From a virus (taxonomy: Duplodnaviria; Heunggongvirae; Uroviricota; Caudoviricetes), in IMG/VR virus record IMGVR_UViG_2651869696_000004: DNA of 23,729 nucleotides; one strand, written 5' to 3'. Below the pieces are notes generated by a model, which saw only the letters and a program-made list of their open reading frames with translations, ran no database searches and was not told the origin of the DNA. How positions within the stretch are numbered: the first letter of the stretch is position 1; every line of letters starts with the position of its first letter. Of the stretch, positions 1 to 8,508 are shown one piece after another. A program made the position numbers and the translations under genes.

Positions 1-102
1 TGCCCGTTGACGGACTTCGGGGGAAAAACGAGTATTTTTAGTCATCCTGTTTACCTCTTTCTCAGGAAGTTTAGTCTCCAGGATTCCCGGGGCGGTTCAT
101 AA
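1..102 (+). CDS. 3' end of an ORF entering from the left edge (frame 1, stop TAA 100-102); possible upstream partner of the DUF1524 gene
   Basis: Open frame from window edge to TAA at 100-102, 4 nt before the TTG at 107; no recognisable motif in the 33 visible codons. Confidence 0.3.
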   Translation, partial: CPLTDFGGKTSIFSHPVYLFLRKFSLQDSRGGS

Positions 103-106
103 AGAA

Positions 107-946
107 TTGGTTGATGGTTTTGGCACAACCCCCATCTCACACTTTGGATATCGCATCGCAGACTATGATGTGACGACACTTTATCCGCTTGCTTTGTTCA
201 TTTCGATAGCTAACATCGCTGATGATGAGAAAGCAGCCATGTATAATGATCTTGTCTCCTACGTAGTACGAAGAGCCGTATGTGGCCTGACGCCAAAGAA
301 TTACAACAATGTATTTATGAATGTATTGCGGCACTTGGCTAAAACGGAAATTTCCAGTGTTGAGTTACGTAATATCCTCAATAACTTAAATGGCGAAGCC
401 TCACGTTGGCCTGGTGACTCAGAATTTCTCAACGCTTGCATCAATGCTCCACTTTATCCTGGCAGGCTCGACGCACCGAAAATGCGCTCAATGTTAACGG
501 AACTTGAAAGAGAACTTTGTCGCCAAGTGAAGACCGAAAAGCCTGATGTTCCAAATCTTTCTAATCTCGATATCGATCATCTTATGCCCCAAAGTTGGTA
601 TTCCTGTTGGCCTCTCGAAAATGGTCGTATGGTGACAAATTCAGATGCTACGGTATTGAACCAAATTGTTCTGTCTGGAACCGATCTTACCCCTGAACAG
701 CTACTGGTAAGGAAACGGCAACAAGCGATAGCTACTTTGGGAAATCTAACTTTGCTTAACCTTAGCGTAAACCGTTCTGTTCAGAATGCTGTATTTCTGA
801 AAAAACGTGATGCTCTCATCGTCCACACCAATCTACGACTGAACATTCCACTTATAGTTAAGGATAAATGGGATGAGGATGAAATCCTGGAGCGGGGTAA
901 AAATTTGGGGGAAATTGCATTGAAAGTATGGCCAAAACACGATTAA
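107..946 (+). CDS. DUF1524/GmrD-like His-Me finger (HNH-type) nuclease domain protein; start codon uncertain (TTG at 107 or ATG at 239)
   Basis: Motifs DIDHLMPQS and GNLTLLNLSVNRSVQNAVFLKKRD match the DUF1524 signature found at the C-terminus of GmrSD-type enzymes; in-frame stop at 8-10 excludes a longer N-terminus in this frame; appears lower in GC than the phage genes by eye. Confidence 0.7.
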   Translation: MVDGFGTTPISHFGYRIADYDVTTLYPLALFISIANIADDEKAAMYNDLVSYVVRRAVCGLTPKNYNNVFMNVLRHLAKTEISSVELRNILNNLNGEASRWPGDSEFLNACINAPLYPGRLDAPKMRSMLTELERELCRQVKTEKPDVPNLSNLDIDHLMPQSWYSCWPLENGRMVTNSDATVLNQIVLSGTDLTPEQLLVRKRQQAIATLGNLTLLNLSVNRSVQNAVFLKKRDALIVHTNLRLNIPLIVKDKWDEDEILERGKNLGEIALKVWPKHD

Positions 947-967
947 TGCAATTAATAAAATGATTAT

Positions 968-993
968 AGCGGCCTTACCTTAGTAAGGCCGCT
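968..993 (+). terminator. Stem-loop (10-bp stem agcggcctta / taaggccgct, 6-nt loop) 22 nt after the DUF1524 gene stop; possible bidirectional terminator
   Basis: Perfect inverted repeat read directly; flanked by A/T-rich sequence on both sides but no clean U-tract on the plus strand. Confidence 0.45.
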
Positions 994-1041
994 ACTCACT
1001 ATTAAATACTTTAATTTGCATCAAGAACAGCAATGTCAGCC

Positions 1042-1170
1042 CTAGGTCTCGGACTTTGTACCGCTTATCTTGTTTTCAAAAATCAGCTCGCATCCTGCAC
1101 AGTTCAGCGCATTACGTTGTAGATCTGTGTTCTGGTCATTTGTTGATACGCGTACATAGCCAATAAGCAT
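1042..1170 (-). pseudogene. Serine DNA invertase (Gin/Pin/Hin/Cin family) N-terminal remnant, 43 codons then TAG
   Basis: Minus-strand translation from ATG at 1170 gives MLIGYVRVSTNDQNTDLQRNALNCAGCELIFENKISGTKSET*, which matches the conserved invertase N-terminus including the catalytic Ser in YVRVST; similarity ends about codon 40 and no downstream invertase sequence is present. Confidence 0.85.
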
Positions 1171-1224
1171 GGTAGATCCCCCTGACAAAAGCAGGAATGA
1201 TGCCATTTGCTCGTTATTTCTGCA

Positions 1225-1250
1225 TTTTCATAAACGTTGGTTTGGGAGAA
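1225..1250. repeat. Left crossover site of invertible segment (TTTTCATAAACG-TT-GGTTTGGGAGAA)
   Basis: 26-bp site with two 12-bp half-sites around a 2-bp core; inverted relative to 3145-3170 with a 14-bp perfect match; resembles gix/hix/pix architecture. Confidence 0.7.
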
Positions 1251-1747
1251 GGCTCTGCATTACCTGCGGTGTGCCTGTTCCGTGGCCTTCCGCCACTCCG
1301 CCGACAGGCTGGCTGAAATGCAATGGTGCGGCTTTTTCTGCTGAAGAATACCCGGAACTGGCAAAGGCTTACCCGACAAATAAATTGCCTGATTTACGCG
1401 GTGAATTTATTCGTGGCTGGGATGATGGGCGTAGTGCGGATGCGGGGAGAACAATATTATCCGCTCAGGGCGATGCCATACGTAATATCTATGGTGAGTT
1501 CAAGACTGTAAACACCGAAAATTATTCAATATGGGAATCAGTAGGCTCGTTTAAGGGGGCAGTGGTGCCTTTGAACCCCTCAACGAACAATAGTTATTTC
1601 TCCTTAGTCAGAAGTATGGTGACAGAAAGGTCCGAGGGCGGTGTTTACCCAAAAGTGATTGGCCTTGATGCTTCAAGAATTGTTCCAACTGCAAACGAAA
1701 ATCGACCCCGTAACATTGCCTTTAATTATATCGTGAGGGCTGCCTGA
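1251..1747 (+). CDS. Alternative tail-fibre C-terminal cassette (Sv'-like) with tail-collar domain; no start codon of its own; out of frame with the crossover site as it stands
   Basis: PVPWPSATPPTGWLKCNGAAFSAEEYPELAKAY...LPDLRGEFIRGWDDGR is a phage tail-collar-type motif; the track ORF 1169-1747 reads through the invertase start and the crossover site, so its first 27 codons are not genuine. Confidence 0.7.
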
Positions 1748-2349
1748 TGGATAAAGCTATATTAAATAAGGAACTCATCGCCACAAAGGCGGGAGATATT
1801 ACCGTTTATAATTATGATGGTGAAACACGAGAATATATTTCCACATCAACCGAATATCTTGCTGTGGGTGTCGGTATCCCGGCATGTTCCTGTTTAGATG
1901 CTCCTGGCTCATATAAAGCTGGTTATGCAATTTGCCGTTCTGCAGATTTTAACTCATGGGAATATGTGCCAGACCATCGCGGTGAAATCGTCTATAGCAC
2001 CGAAACAGGAGAATCAAAAGAAATCACAGCTCCGGGTGATTACCCTGAAAAGACAACCACTATCGCCCCGTTAACGCCATACGATAAATGGGATGGTGAG
2101 AAATGGGTGACGGATACCGAGGCACAGCATAGAGCAGCAGTAGACATGGCAGAAACACAGCGGCAGTCGCTGATTGATGCTGCAATGGTTTCCATTAGTC
2201 TGATTCAACTGAAATTGCAGGCCGGGAGGAAGCTGACGCAGGCAGAAAACACCCGACTTAACGCCGTGCTGGATTACACTGACGCGGTGACGGCAACAGA
2301 TACCAGCACCGCGCCGGATGTCATCTGGCCTGAACTGCCGGAGGCGTAG
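1747..2349 (+). CDS. Tail fibre assembly protein (Tfa), partner of the alternative fibre cassette
   Basis: 200 aa; start overlaps the cassette stop (TGATG); C-terminus DYTDAVTATDTSTAPDVIWPELPEA is similar to the C-terminus of the convergent Tfa. Confidence 0.8.
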   Translation: MDKAILNKELIATKAGDITVYNYDGETREYISTSTEYLAVGVGIPACSCLDAPGSYKAGYAICRSADFNSWEYVPDHRGEIVYSTETGESKEITAPGDYPEKTTTIAPLTPYDKWDGEKWVTDTEAQHRAAVDMAETQRQSLIDAAMVSISLIQLKLQAGRKLTQAENTRLNAVLDYTDAVTATDTSTAPDVIWPELPEA

Positions 2350-2773
2350 GCCATTCAATATCTGGAGCACTGGAGGTATCAACCAGCTCCAGTGCGTCCA
2401 GATAATCCAGCCACAAATTATATTGCGCCAGTTCGTCACCTTTCAGACGACCAATAGCGGCTTTACCAGGCCATTGTTTACTGTTCATATAATCGTTGGC
2501 CTGATTAATTAGTAGCTGTCTTTCTGATTCAGTAATTTCAGTAAGTTCTTCATGCGTAGGGGCAGGAATATCCGCCCACGCGGGCAGCCCATCACCTCCG
2601 GCAATACGGATTTTTCCTTGTGGCGGTTCAGCCATAAATTCACTGATAATATTTTGACTCACCTCCTTAGCATCTGATAAATCCCATCCCTCTGATTTAT
2701 ATTTATCAATCATATCCACAGGGAAAAAAGCATTATGCCTTGCGCTATAAACATATTCGTTCATATAAATCAT
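2321..2773 (-). CDS. Tail fibre assembly protein (Tfa) for the currently expressed fibre
   Basis: 150 aa immediately downstream of the fibre gene; conserved Tfa C-terminal region LWLDYLDALELVDTSSAPDIEWP; 3' ends of the two tfa genes overlap convergently at 2321-2349. Confidence 0.8.
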   Translation of the reverse strand: MIYMNEYVYSARHNAFFPVDMIDKYKSEGWDLSDAKEVSQNIISEFMAEPPQGKIRIAGGDGLPAWADIPAPTHEELTEITESERQLLINQANDYMNSKQWPGKAAIGRLKGDELAQYNLWLDYLDALELVDTSSAPDIEWPTPPAVQAR

Positions 2774-2784
2774 CCTGAATAAAA

Positions 2785-3447
2785 TTATTCACCAACAGCC
2801 CACCAACTGTAAGTCATTGACACCTTGTCGCTGGTTGATGCAGTTCTGTAAGCAGAATTAAAGCCGGTTAATGTTGGGCCTTCTACGGACATAACGAATC
2901 CACGCCCTGCACCAAAAGGCGCACCGCCATCGCCAGAATGGGTAAGAATGGCGATATCCGCTTTTTTAGGGAAAGGGATAGGAAATGTAATCCTCATTGT
3001 TTGCGTCGATAATTTCGGCATAGCCTCACCTCGACCATATTGCAGGATTTTCCCGTTGGGTAATTTCATCCATCCATCACCACTGGCAAAAGAGGTCATG
3101 TCCGGTATCTGATTTTCCCCTGTCCCCACCCCTCGTTTTGCTGCTTCTCCCAAACCAAGGTTTTCGAGAGCCGTTTTCACCGTGCCATCCGATTTGATAT
3201 CACCAAACGGATTCTTGCGGCTTAACAGCAGAGCACGAAGCGCGGTAAGCAACTGGTCGTTTCGCCCCTTCTCCAGGCTGGCACCGGATGCCTCCACCAC
3301 GCTGCAAAGCTCCTCCTGCAACATATCAAAGTAGTCATCATCCAGATCGGTGGCAGGTGTGCCGGTCTGGGGGTTACCACGGGTAAAACCGTTCTTACCC
3401 GCGCCGAACTTATCCTTCTGCGCGGTTTTCGTGTCTATACGATGCAT
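2785..3447 (-). CDS. Tail fibre protein (StfP-like); constant N-terminal part outside and variable C-terminal part inside the invertible segment
   Basis: 220 aa directly downstream of the gp48-like gene; crossover site 3145-3170 falls at codons 93-101 ([12 protein letters not shown]). Confidence 0.8.
   Translation of the reverse strand: MHRIDTKTAQKDKFGAGKNGFTRGNPQTGTPATDLDDDYFDMLQEELCSVVEASGASLEKGRNDQLLTALRALLLSRKNPFGDIKSDGTVKTALENLGLGEAAKRGVGTGENQIPDMTSFASGDGWMKLPNGKILQYGRGEAMPKLSTQTMRITFPIPFPKKADIAILTHSGDGGAPFGAGRGFVMSVEGPTLTGFNSAYRTASTSDKVSMTYSWWAVGE
3145..3170. repeat. Right crossover site of invertible segment (TTCTCCCAAACC-AA-GGTTTTCGAGAG)
   Basis: Inverted copy of the 1225-1250 site; core dinucleotides are identical when the sites are aligned in the same orientation. 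Confidence 0.7.
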
Positions 3448-3450
3448 GGA

Positions 3451-4035
3451 TTACTCCGGATATTTAAAAATTACGTAGGTATGCGACGGGCAGAGTTTGT
3501 TAAGCACACACTCGACAACGGTGTCGCCCCAGATACGCAGCGCGGAATCACAGGGATCGCCACATGTCATCCAGGTGGTGTTGGTGGCAGCTGGCATGTT
3601 GACCTGCCAGTAATACCGCCATTCCGGCGCATTCACCGCGTCAGTACAGGCCAATGAGCAGGTGAAGGTGCTTTTGTCGTATCGCGTGATGGTGGCAGCT
3701 GGTCTGCCCAGGGCAGCAAGCTGGGCAAGATAAAAATCCTCGTTGATGCCGCCCGCCAGGTTAACCTTCGCATCCAGCCGTTGCTGACGCTGGCGAAGGG
3801 TCTGTGTCCCTGTAGGAATACATTCATCCGGCAGGCCGCACAGACGCTCCCAGCGATTTATCAGTTCGGTGGTGGTGCGCGGATCCAGCTCCCGCATCAG
3901 GGCATCCGCACGCTGATGAACGCGGGTTAATGACGGTGCCGCACCGGCAATCGCCGGATCGCTGGCTGACCACGCCGGACCGGGCGGCAACAGTGCTGAC
4001 AACAGACGGATGTAATCATCGTTTGTCACGTCCAT
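3451..4035 (-). CDS. Mu gp48-like tail protein (DUF2313/YmfQ-like)
   Basis: 194 aa; position between baseplate J-like gene and tail fibre; N-terminus [16 protein letters not shown] typical of this family. Confidence 0.75.
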   Translation of the reverse strand: MDVTNDDYIRLLSALLPPGPAWSASDPAIAGAAPSLTRVHQRADALMRELDPRTTTELINRWERLCGLPDECIPTGTQTLRQRQQRLDAKVNLAGGINEDFYLAQLAALGRPAATITRYDKSTFTCSLACTDAVNAPEWRYYWQVNMPAATNTTWMTCGDPCDSALRIWGDTVVECVLNKLCPSHTYVIFKYPE

Positions 4036-5084
4036 GAAATCGCCCCCAGAACCGCCAGCTCATTTTTCGCAATGGTGATATTGTCCGCCGGTGCAAGCAA
4101 CTGATGGCTGTATTCCCCGTTCGCACCGGAAATCGCTTCACTGATACGTGACACCTTCAGTTCTCCCTGCGGATAACCATCACGCAGCAGGAACGAACGC
4201 AACTCCGCGGTGATGGCAGCCCGTATTTCCGGTGTGTCCGGCGTCACACGGATATGAAAATCCACCGTATGTGCCACCGGCCTGAACACATACAAATCAG
4301 AGCCTGCCACCGGGGCCAGTGGCCCGATATGTTGTCTTGCCGCCGTTTCCGTTGATTCTTCCGGAATGGGATTAATCAGGTCACTGCTGGCAATCATCAC
4401 ACCGACAGTCCCCGTTCCCATCCAGTGTCGGTATGTCCATGCGCGGGTAATGCCAGGCACTTCTTTAGCCCAGACGACATAGTCCCCGTCAGCCCCGCCC
4501 TGCGGCGTCCAGTAATACCGCTCAATGACGCGGGCGCGCCACGTTTCCAGCTCTTCAGTATCAAATCCGCCTGTCAGGGTGTCAGCCACACCGGAAGACG
4601 GCAGACCATTCACCGGCGTGACCAGGATTAATGCCGTACCGTCGTCAGCGTTACCGACCGCACCTGCACTTGAGCAGGCGATCGGCACGCGCAGGACACC
4701 ACCGGAGCTGATTGCATCGTCAGTTGTCGTGTACTGCACCAGGTCATCGCGCTGAATAACACTCCCGGCAGTCACCTTCAGGCCATCGCTGACACCTTCC
4801 CAGCGCATATACCCGCTGGCAACCGTGGCACCCTTGCGCGGACACCGTTTCATCGCAGCATGTCGCGCCAGCCAGGACTCATCGCACAGGTCAGGCAGCA
4901 TATTCATTGCCAGATAATCGATGTAACCGTAGACCGTATGCAGCGCCGCCGCATACACCTTTGCCCGCACGTCTTCATCCATGCGCCGGAGCGTGTCGCT
5001 GACGTCCAGCCTGGCGAATAAATCGTTACGGAGCATACTGATATTTTCTGCCAGCGTCGGGCGCTGAAATTCACTGTCCGCCAT
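4026..5084 (-). CDS. Baseplate J-like protein (Mu gp47-like)
   Basis: 352 aa; conserved position and length in Mu-like baseplate module. Confidence 0.8.
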   Translation of the reverse strand: MADSEFQRPTLAENISMLRNDLFARLDVSDTLRRMDEDVRAKVYAAALHTVYGYIDYLAMNMLPDLCDESWLARHAAMKRCPRKGATVASGYMRWEGVSDGLKVTAGSVIQRDDLVQYTTTDDAISSGGVLRVPIACSSAGAVGNADDGTALILVTPVNGLPSSGVADTLTGGFDTEELETWRARVIERYYWTPQGGADGDYVVWAKEVPGITRAWTYRHWMGTGTVGVMIASSDLINPIPEESTETAARQHIGPLAPVAGSDLYVFRPVAHTVDFHIRVTPDTPEIRAAITAELRSFLLRDGYPQGELKVSRISEAISGANGEYSHQLLAPADNITIAKNELAVLGAISWT

Positions 5085-5499
5085 GCGTTATCGCACTCCA
5101 CAGATCATCAAAAGAAATCACTACTGGTCCATCACGACGCCAGAGGGTGATACTGTTACCCAGCTCATTAATCCCGGTGCGGTGGATATCCAGATCAATA
5201 CGGGACACCACGCCGTCATCAATCATCCATTGCAGGCATTCGCGGATATATCCCCTTACCGTCTGCACCAGCTGATTGGTCAGTTTGCTGCGCTGAAGCA
5301 GCCACAGTCGGGAGCCGTAACGGTCATTCTGTACCGCAGGCCAGGTATCCCCCCACCATCCCATCGGGACGTCGGCATTGTCATCAGGCTCCGCCCGCCG
5401 CCAGGTGAACAGGGAAATCACCACGGCGCGGGTCAGCGGATCCAGCGGTGCGCTGGCGCAGGTGCGTTTACCGTTCACCGTCAGCCACAGTTCCATCAT
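5071..5499 (-). CDS. Mu gp46-like baseplate protein
   Basis: 142 aa; synteny between baseplate V and J-like genes. Confidence 0.7.
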   Translation of the reverse strand: MMELWLTVNGKRTCASAPLDPLTRAVVISLFTWRRAEPDDNADVPMGWWGDTWPAVQNDRYGSRLWLLQRSKLTNQLVQTVRGYIRECLQWMIDDGVVSRIDLDIHRTGINELGNSITLWRRDGPVVISFDDLWSAITHGGQ

Positions 5500-6044
5500 G
5501 CCTCCATCGCTTTATCAGGTTTGTCGGTGTTACTGCCCTGACCGTTCTCCCTGTGACGATGCCCGTTATAGGCAAGCCGCATCGCTGACATGGTGGTGCC
5601 GCCGGAGTCGCACAGGTCTTTCACCTGTCCGGTCACTTCCAGATCCATTTCAAAACGTGCTTCAGGTGCATTGCGAAACGTGATCGTTTTCCCTGCACCG
5701 TCCACCACGATCCCCTCCCGGGTCAGCGTCACAGACTGCCCCTGATCGTCATAGACAGCCACCTCACCCGTCTGCAGCCCTTTCAGGCGGTAGCGCCGGT
5801 CCGACACCGTAACAACCACCGCATGAGAACGGTCGCCATCCGGAAACAACACCACCGCTTCCGCACCGCTGTTTGCCCTTGCGGTAAAACCGTAGGGTTC
5901 AAGATGTTCAACCCCGGCTTTGGGTTCACCGGCAATCAGGGACACATCCACGGTCTGACATTTCGTGGCGGCACTGATGCTTTTCACCACGGCCCGCCCA
6001 ATCAGGCCGAGGAGTTGTCGCTGCATGGCTTCAATCGTCCTCAT
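5496..6044 (-). CDS. Baseplate assembly protein V / spike (Mu gp45-like)
   Basis: 182 aa; synteny; overlapping start/stop with neighbours. Confidence 0.75.
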   Translation of the reverse strand: MRTIEAMQRQLLGLIGRAVVKSISAATKCQTVDVSLIAGEPKAGVEHLEPYGFTARANSGAEAVVLFPDGDRSHAVVVTVSDRRYRLKGLQTGEVAVYDDQGQSVTLTREGIVVDGAGKTITFRNAPEARFEMDLEVTGQVKDLCDSGGTTMSAMRLAYNGHRHRENGQGSNTDKPDKAMEA

Positions 6045-7123
6045 CAGAACGGGTCCTCCTGTACTCTGGCTTTTTTCTTTTTCCGCGCGCCGGGGGCTTC
6101 GGGTTCAGGCAGATAAGCATCAGGTGGGCCGACACGGATTTCCGTCAGGGTGCCGTTCTGGTCCTGAGTAAACGTGACTTCCGAAACAAGCAGTTCAGTA
6201 TTGTCGAAACCACAGACCGGATCGAAGACAATCACCCGCTGGTTGGGCTGCCACAGCGTACCGTTACCCTGTCGCCAGCCCTGCACCACATAGGTGGTTT
6301 CATCCGTCCGCGCCGCCCGTTGTCGGGCTTCAAAGTCAGCACGTGCAATACAGCCTGCCCCCGTAGCCTGCCCTGTCTGCCTGATATACATCGGACGGTA
6401 ACGGGCAATAAATGCGTCCTCTGTGCGGGCCCGCAGCGCGGTGGTGGTGGCCTCACCGAAATCATCGTCGTTTCCGGCACGCTGCCCCGCCACCTGGTAA
6501 ACAGAAAACCGCTCCCGGATACTCTTCTCCGTATCGCAGGAAAGGATGTTTTCCCCGAGTACCAGCGCAGTATGTGCCCGCGTTGAGCCAATCCCGCCAA
6601 TCACCAGCCTGCCGTGCGGGTCGTCATAAGCCAGTGCCTGCTGCTGACCGAGTATTTTGTTGATTACCTCAATCACCGTTTCACCATGATCAGGCTGGAC
6701 ATCAGTAATAACACCCGACGGCGCACCGTTGTTCACCACCTCAATGCCGAAAGGCGCAGCAAGCGCCTGCGCAATCTGTACCAGCGAGCGTCCGTTAAAC
6801 TGTGTCGGTTCGGCTGCACAGTCAATCAGGTCAGCCGTCAGACTACGTCCGGCAATACCGGTGCTGACCGAACGGGCATCGTAACGAACGGGCGTCGCCT
6901 CCACCCAGCCGGTGATCACCAGCTCATCACCAATCAGCACTTCCACTTTTGAACCGTTTTTAATGCGCGGCTGAAGCGTGGTGATACCCTCATCTCCCGG
7001 CCACTGGCGAGTGATCTCCACACTGAAATCCCGCGCCAGCCGTTCAATACCGGCACCGATGCGCACCGATGTCCAGCCATTCCACTCCCGGCCATTTACC
7101 CGTAGTGTGACATTGTCGTTCAT
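6044..7123 (-). CDS. Mu gp44 (P)-like baseplate hub / tail protein
   Basis: 359 aa; synteny downstream of DNA circulation gene; lysine-rich C-terminus KKKKARVQEDPF. Confidence 0.7.
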   Translation of the reverse strand: MNDNVTLRVNGREWNGWTSVRIGAGIERLARDFSVEITRQWPGDEGITTLQPRIKNGSKVEVLIGDELVITGWVEATPVRYDARSVSTGIAGRSLTADLIDCAAEPTQFNGRSLVQIAQALAAPFGIEVVNNGAPSGVITDVQPDHGETVIEVINKILGQQQALAYDDPHGRLVIGGIGSTRAHTALVLGENILSCDTEKSIRERFSVYQVAGQRAGNDDDFGEATTTALRARTEDAFIARYRPMYIRQTGQATGAGCIARADFEARQRAARTDETTYVVQGWRQGNGTLWQPNQRVIVFDPVCGFDNTELLVSEVTFTQDQNGTLTEIRVGPPDAYLPEPEAPGARKKKKARVQEDPF

Positions 7124-8448
7124 TGCACTGGCACCTTCAGAGGGATCACCGGCACAAAGCCGGGATGCGTAATGGCATTACGCCGGATAATGTCCGCGTC
7201 ACGCGCCGCGTTATCAAACCAGGTCGCCGCCAGCACCAGCGCGGGTAAAACCTCATCCGGTGTGCGCTGAATGATCCGTGCAGACTGTTCAAGGCGCGTG
7301 TTGATATCCGCATTCAGATCTGCTTTCACCCGGCGCAGCGCCAGAAACAGCGCATCACTGGTTGTACGGGACAACTCCTTATCAATTGCCGTATTCAGTG
7401 TGTCGCGAATGTCAGTCAGTTCTTCCCACGTCGGCAGGTCAACCGTGTTTTTCACCGCCGGTGCATTGTTCAGTGCCGGATGCGTGACGGAAGGCCAGCC
7501 AGTGCTCTGCGCAGGTGTTGTTGCCTGCTCCACTGCGGCATTCTGCATCACCGCGGAAGTTGTTGGCGCAGGCAATCGGGTGACGGCATACGCCGCTTCG
7601 CTGATTGCGGTCGTACGAAGGGTGCTGGCAACCACGTTACGCTGCTGCGTCGCCGTGGCGGTGGTTTTACTGTCCGTTTTCCAGACGCCGCGCGGTTGCA
7701 GATCGCTGCCGAGGCTGACACCGGAAAGCGTTTTGATCATGGTGACCAGGTCGCTGGCGTTACCATAAAGGCGTTTCCCGGTACGCCACATTTTCTGCAC
7801 CTGCTCAACGAAATTTTTGCCTGACGATGGCGGCGGCAGAAGTACCGAGATATCCCCCTGCAACAGCCTGGCGGCATCCGATACGGCAGAATCCACCACT
7901 TTCATCGCATCAGAAACATACCCAAGCATTGTGCTGGCATTACCGACGACGTCGTTCTGCACAAAATCTGCCACGCCATCGATACTGAAACCACTGAAAC
8001 TGTCACTGATGCAGTCATCCAGTGCAGAACAGGATGACATCAGCGTCTGCGCCGTCGCCGCACCTGATGTGGGGTAAGAGAGTTCTCCCGCTTCGACAAA
8101 CTTCAGGTCAAAGCGGACAATACGCCCTTCACTCTTCGATGTGCTGACCCGAACCTCCCCGTCAACACAGACTTTCAGCTCACCGTATGTCGGATGGACA
8201 AGCGTGCCGGGACCGGGTTTATTCAGCGCGTCAATCAGGCGATCGCGCTGGTCAAAGCAGTCATCTCCCACCACATAAGCCGTGATGGACGGGCGGAAAG
8301 TGATTTTCCCCAGGTCTTCGGCATAGGGTTTGTCGCGGTTCGGGTATTCGTGCGTTTCCACACGACGACCGGTTCCCGCACTTTCTTCTTCAACCTTAAA
8401 CGGCACACCGCGAAATGACGCGTCCTGAAGTCTGTCTTTCCACGTCAT
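7120..8448 (-). CDS. DNA circulation protein (Mu N / gp43-like); start moved to ATG at 8448
   Basis: N-terminal MTWKDRLQDASFRGVPF is characteristic of the Mu N family; GGAG Shine-Dalgarno 5-8 nt upstream of ATG 8448; the track start at 8490 lacks this. Confidence 0.75.
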   Translation of the reverse strand: MTWKDRLQDASFRGVPFKVEEESAGTGRRVETHEYPNRDKPYAEDLGKITFRPSITAYVVGDDCFDQRDRLIDALNKPGPGTLVHPTYGELKVCVDGEVRVSTSKSEGRIVRFDLKFVEAGELSYPTSGAATAQTLMSSCSALDDCISDSFSGFSIDGVADFVQNDVVGNASTMLGYVSDAMKVVDSAVSDAARLLQGDISVLLPPPSSGKNFVEQVQKMWRTGKRLYGNASDLVTMIKTLSGVSLGSDLQPRGVWKTDSKTTATATQQRNVVASTLRTTAISEAAYAVTRLPAPTTSAVMQNAAVEQATTPAQSTGWPSVTHPALNNAPAVKNTVDLPTWEELTDIRDTLNTAIDKELSRTTSDALFLALRRVKADLNADINTRLEQSARIIQRTPDEVLPALVLAATWFDNAARDADIIRRNAITHPGFVPVIPLKVPVQ

Positions 8449-8508
8449 ATAAACTCCGTACATAAAAAATCCCACCGGAGTGGGACTCATTAACAGATTA
8501 ATTTTTCA

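Larger units (their letters stand above)
1225..3170. other. Invertible tail-fibre host-range segment (G/P-segment-like), about 1.95 kb, containing two convergent fibre-tip plus assembly gene pairs
   Basis: Inverted 26-bp sites at both ends; right site lies inside the expressed fibre gene; interior holds an alternative promoterless fibre C-terminus and two tail fibre assembly genes in opposite orientation. Confidence 0.65.

Noticed and set aside
107-946. Identity of the left-end nuclease as McrA, as in prophage e14
   Set aside because: No Cys-rich zinc-finger HNH motif of the McrA type; the motifs instead fit the DUF1524/GmrD-type His-Me finger, and the gene is on the opposite strand to what e14 synteny would predict.
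947-1224. Search for a full-length invertase gene (about 190 aa) next to the left crossover site
   Set aside because: Only the 43-codon N-terminal stub exists; no ORF of suitable size on either strand.
1169-1250. N-terminal 27 codons of the track ORF 1169-1747 (MVDPPDKSRNDAICSLFLHFHKRWFGRR)
   Set aside because: This stretch is the antisense of the invertase start region plus the crossover site; the genuine fibre cassette has no start of its own and begins at the crossover site.
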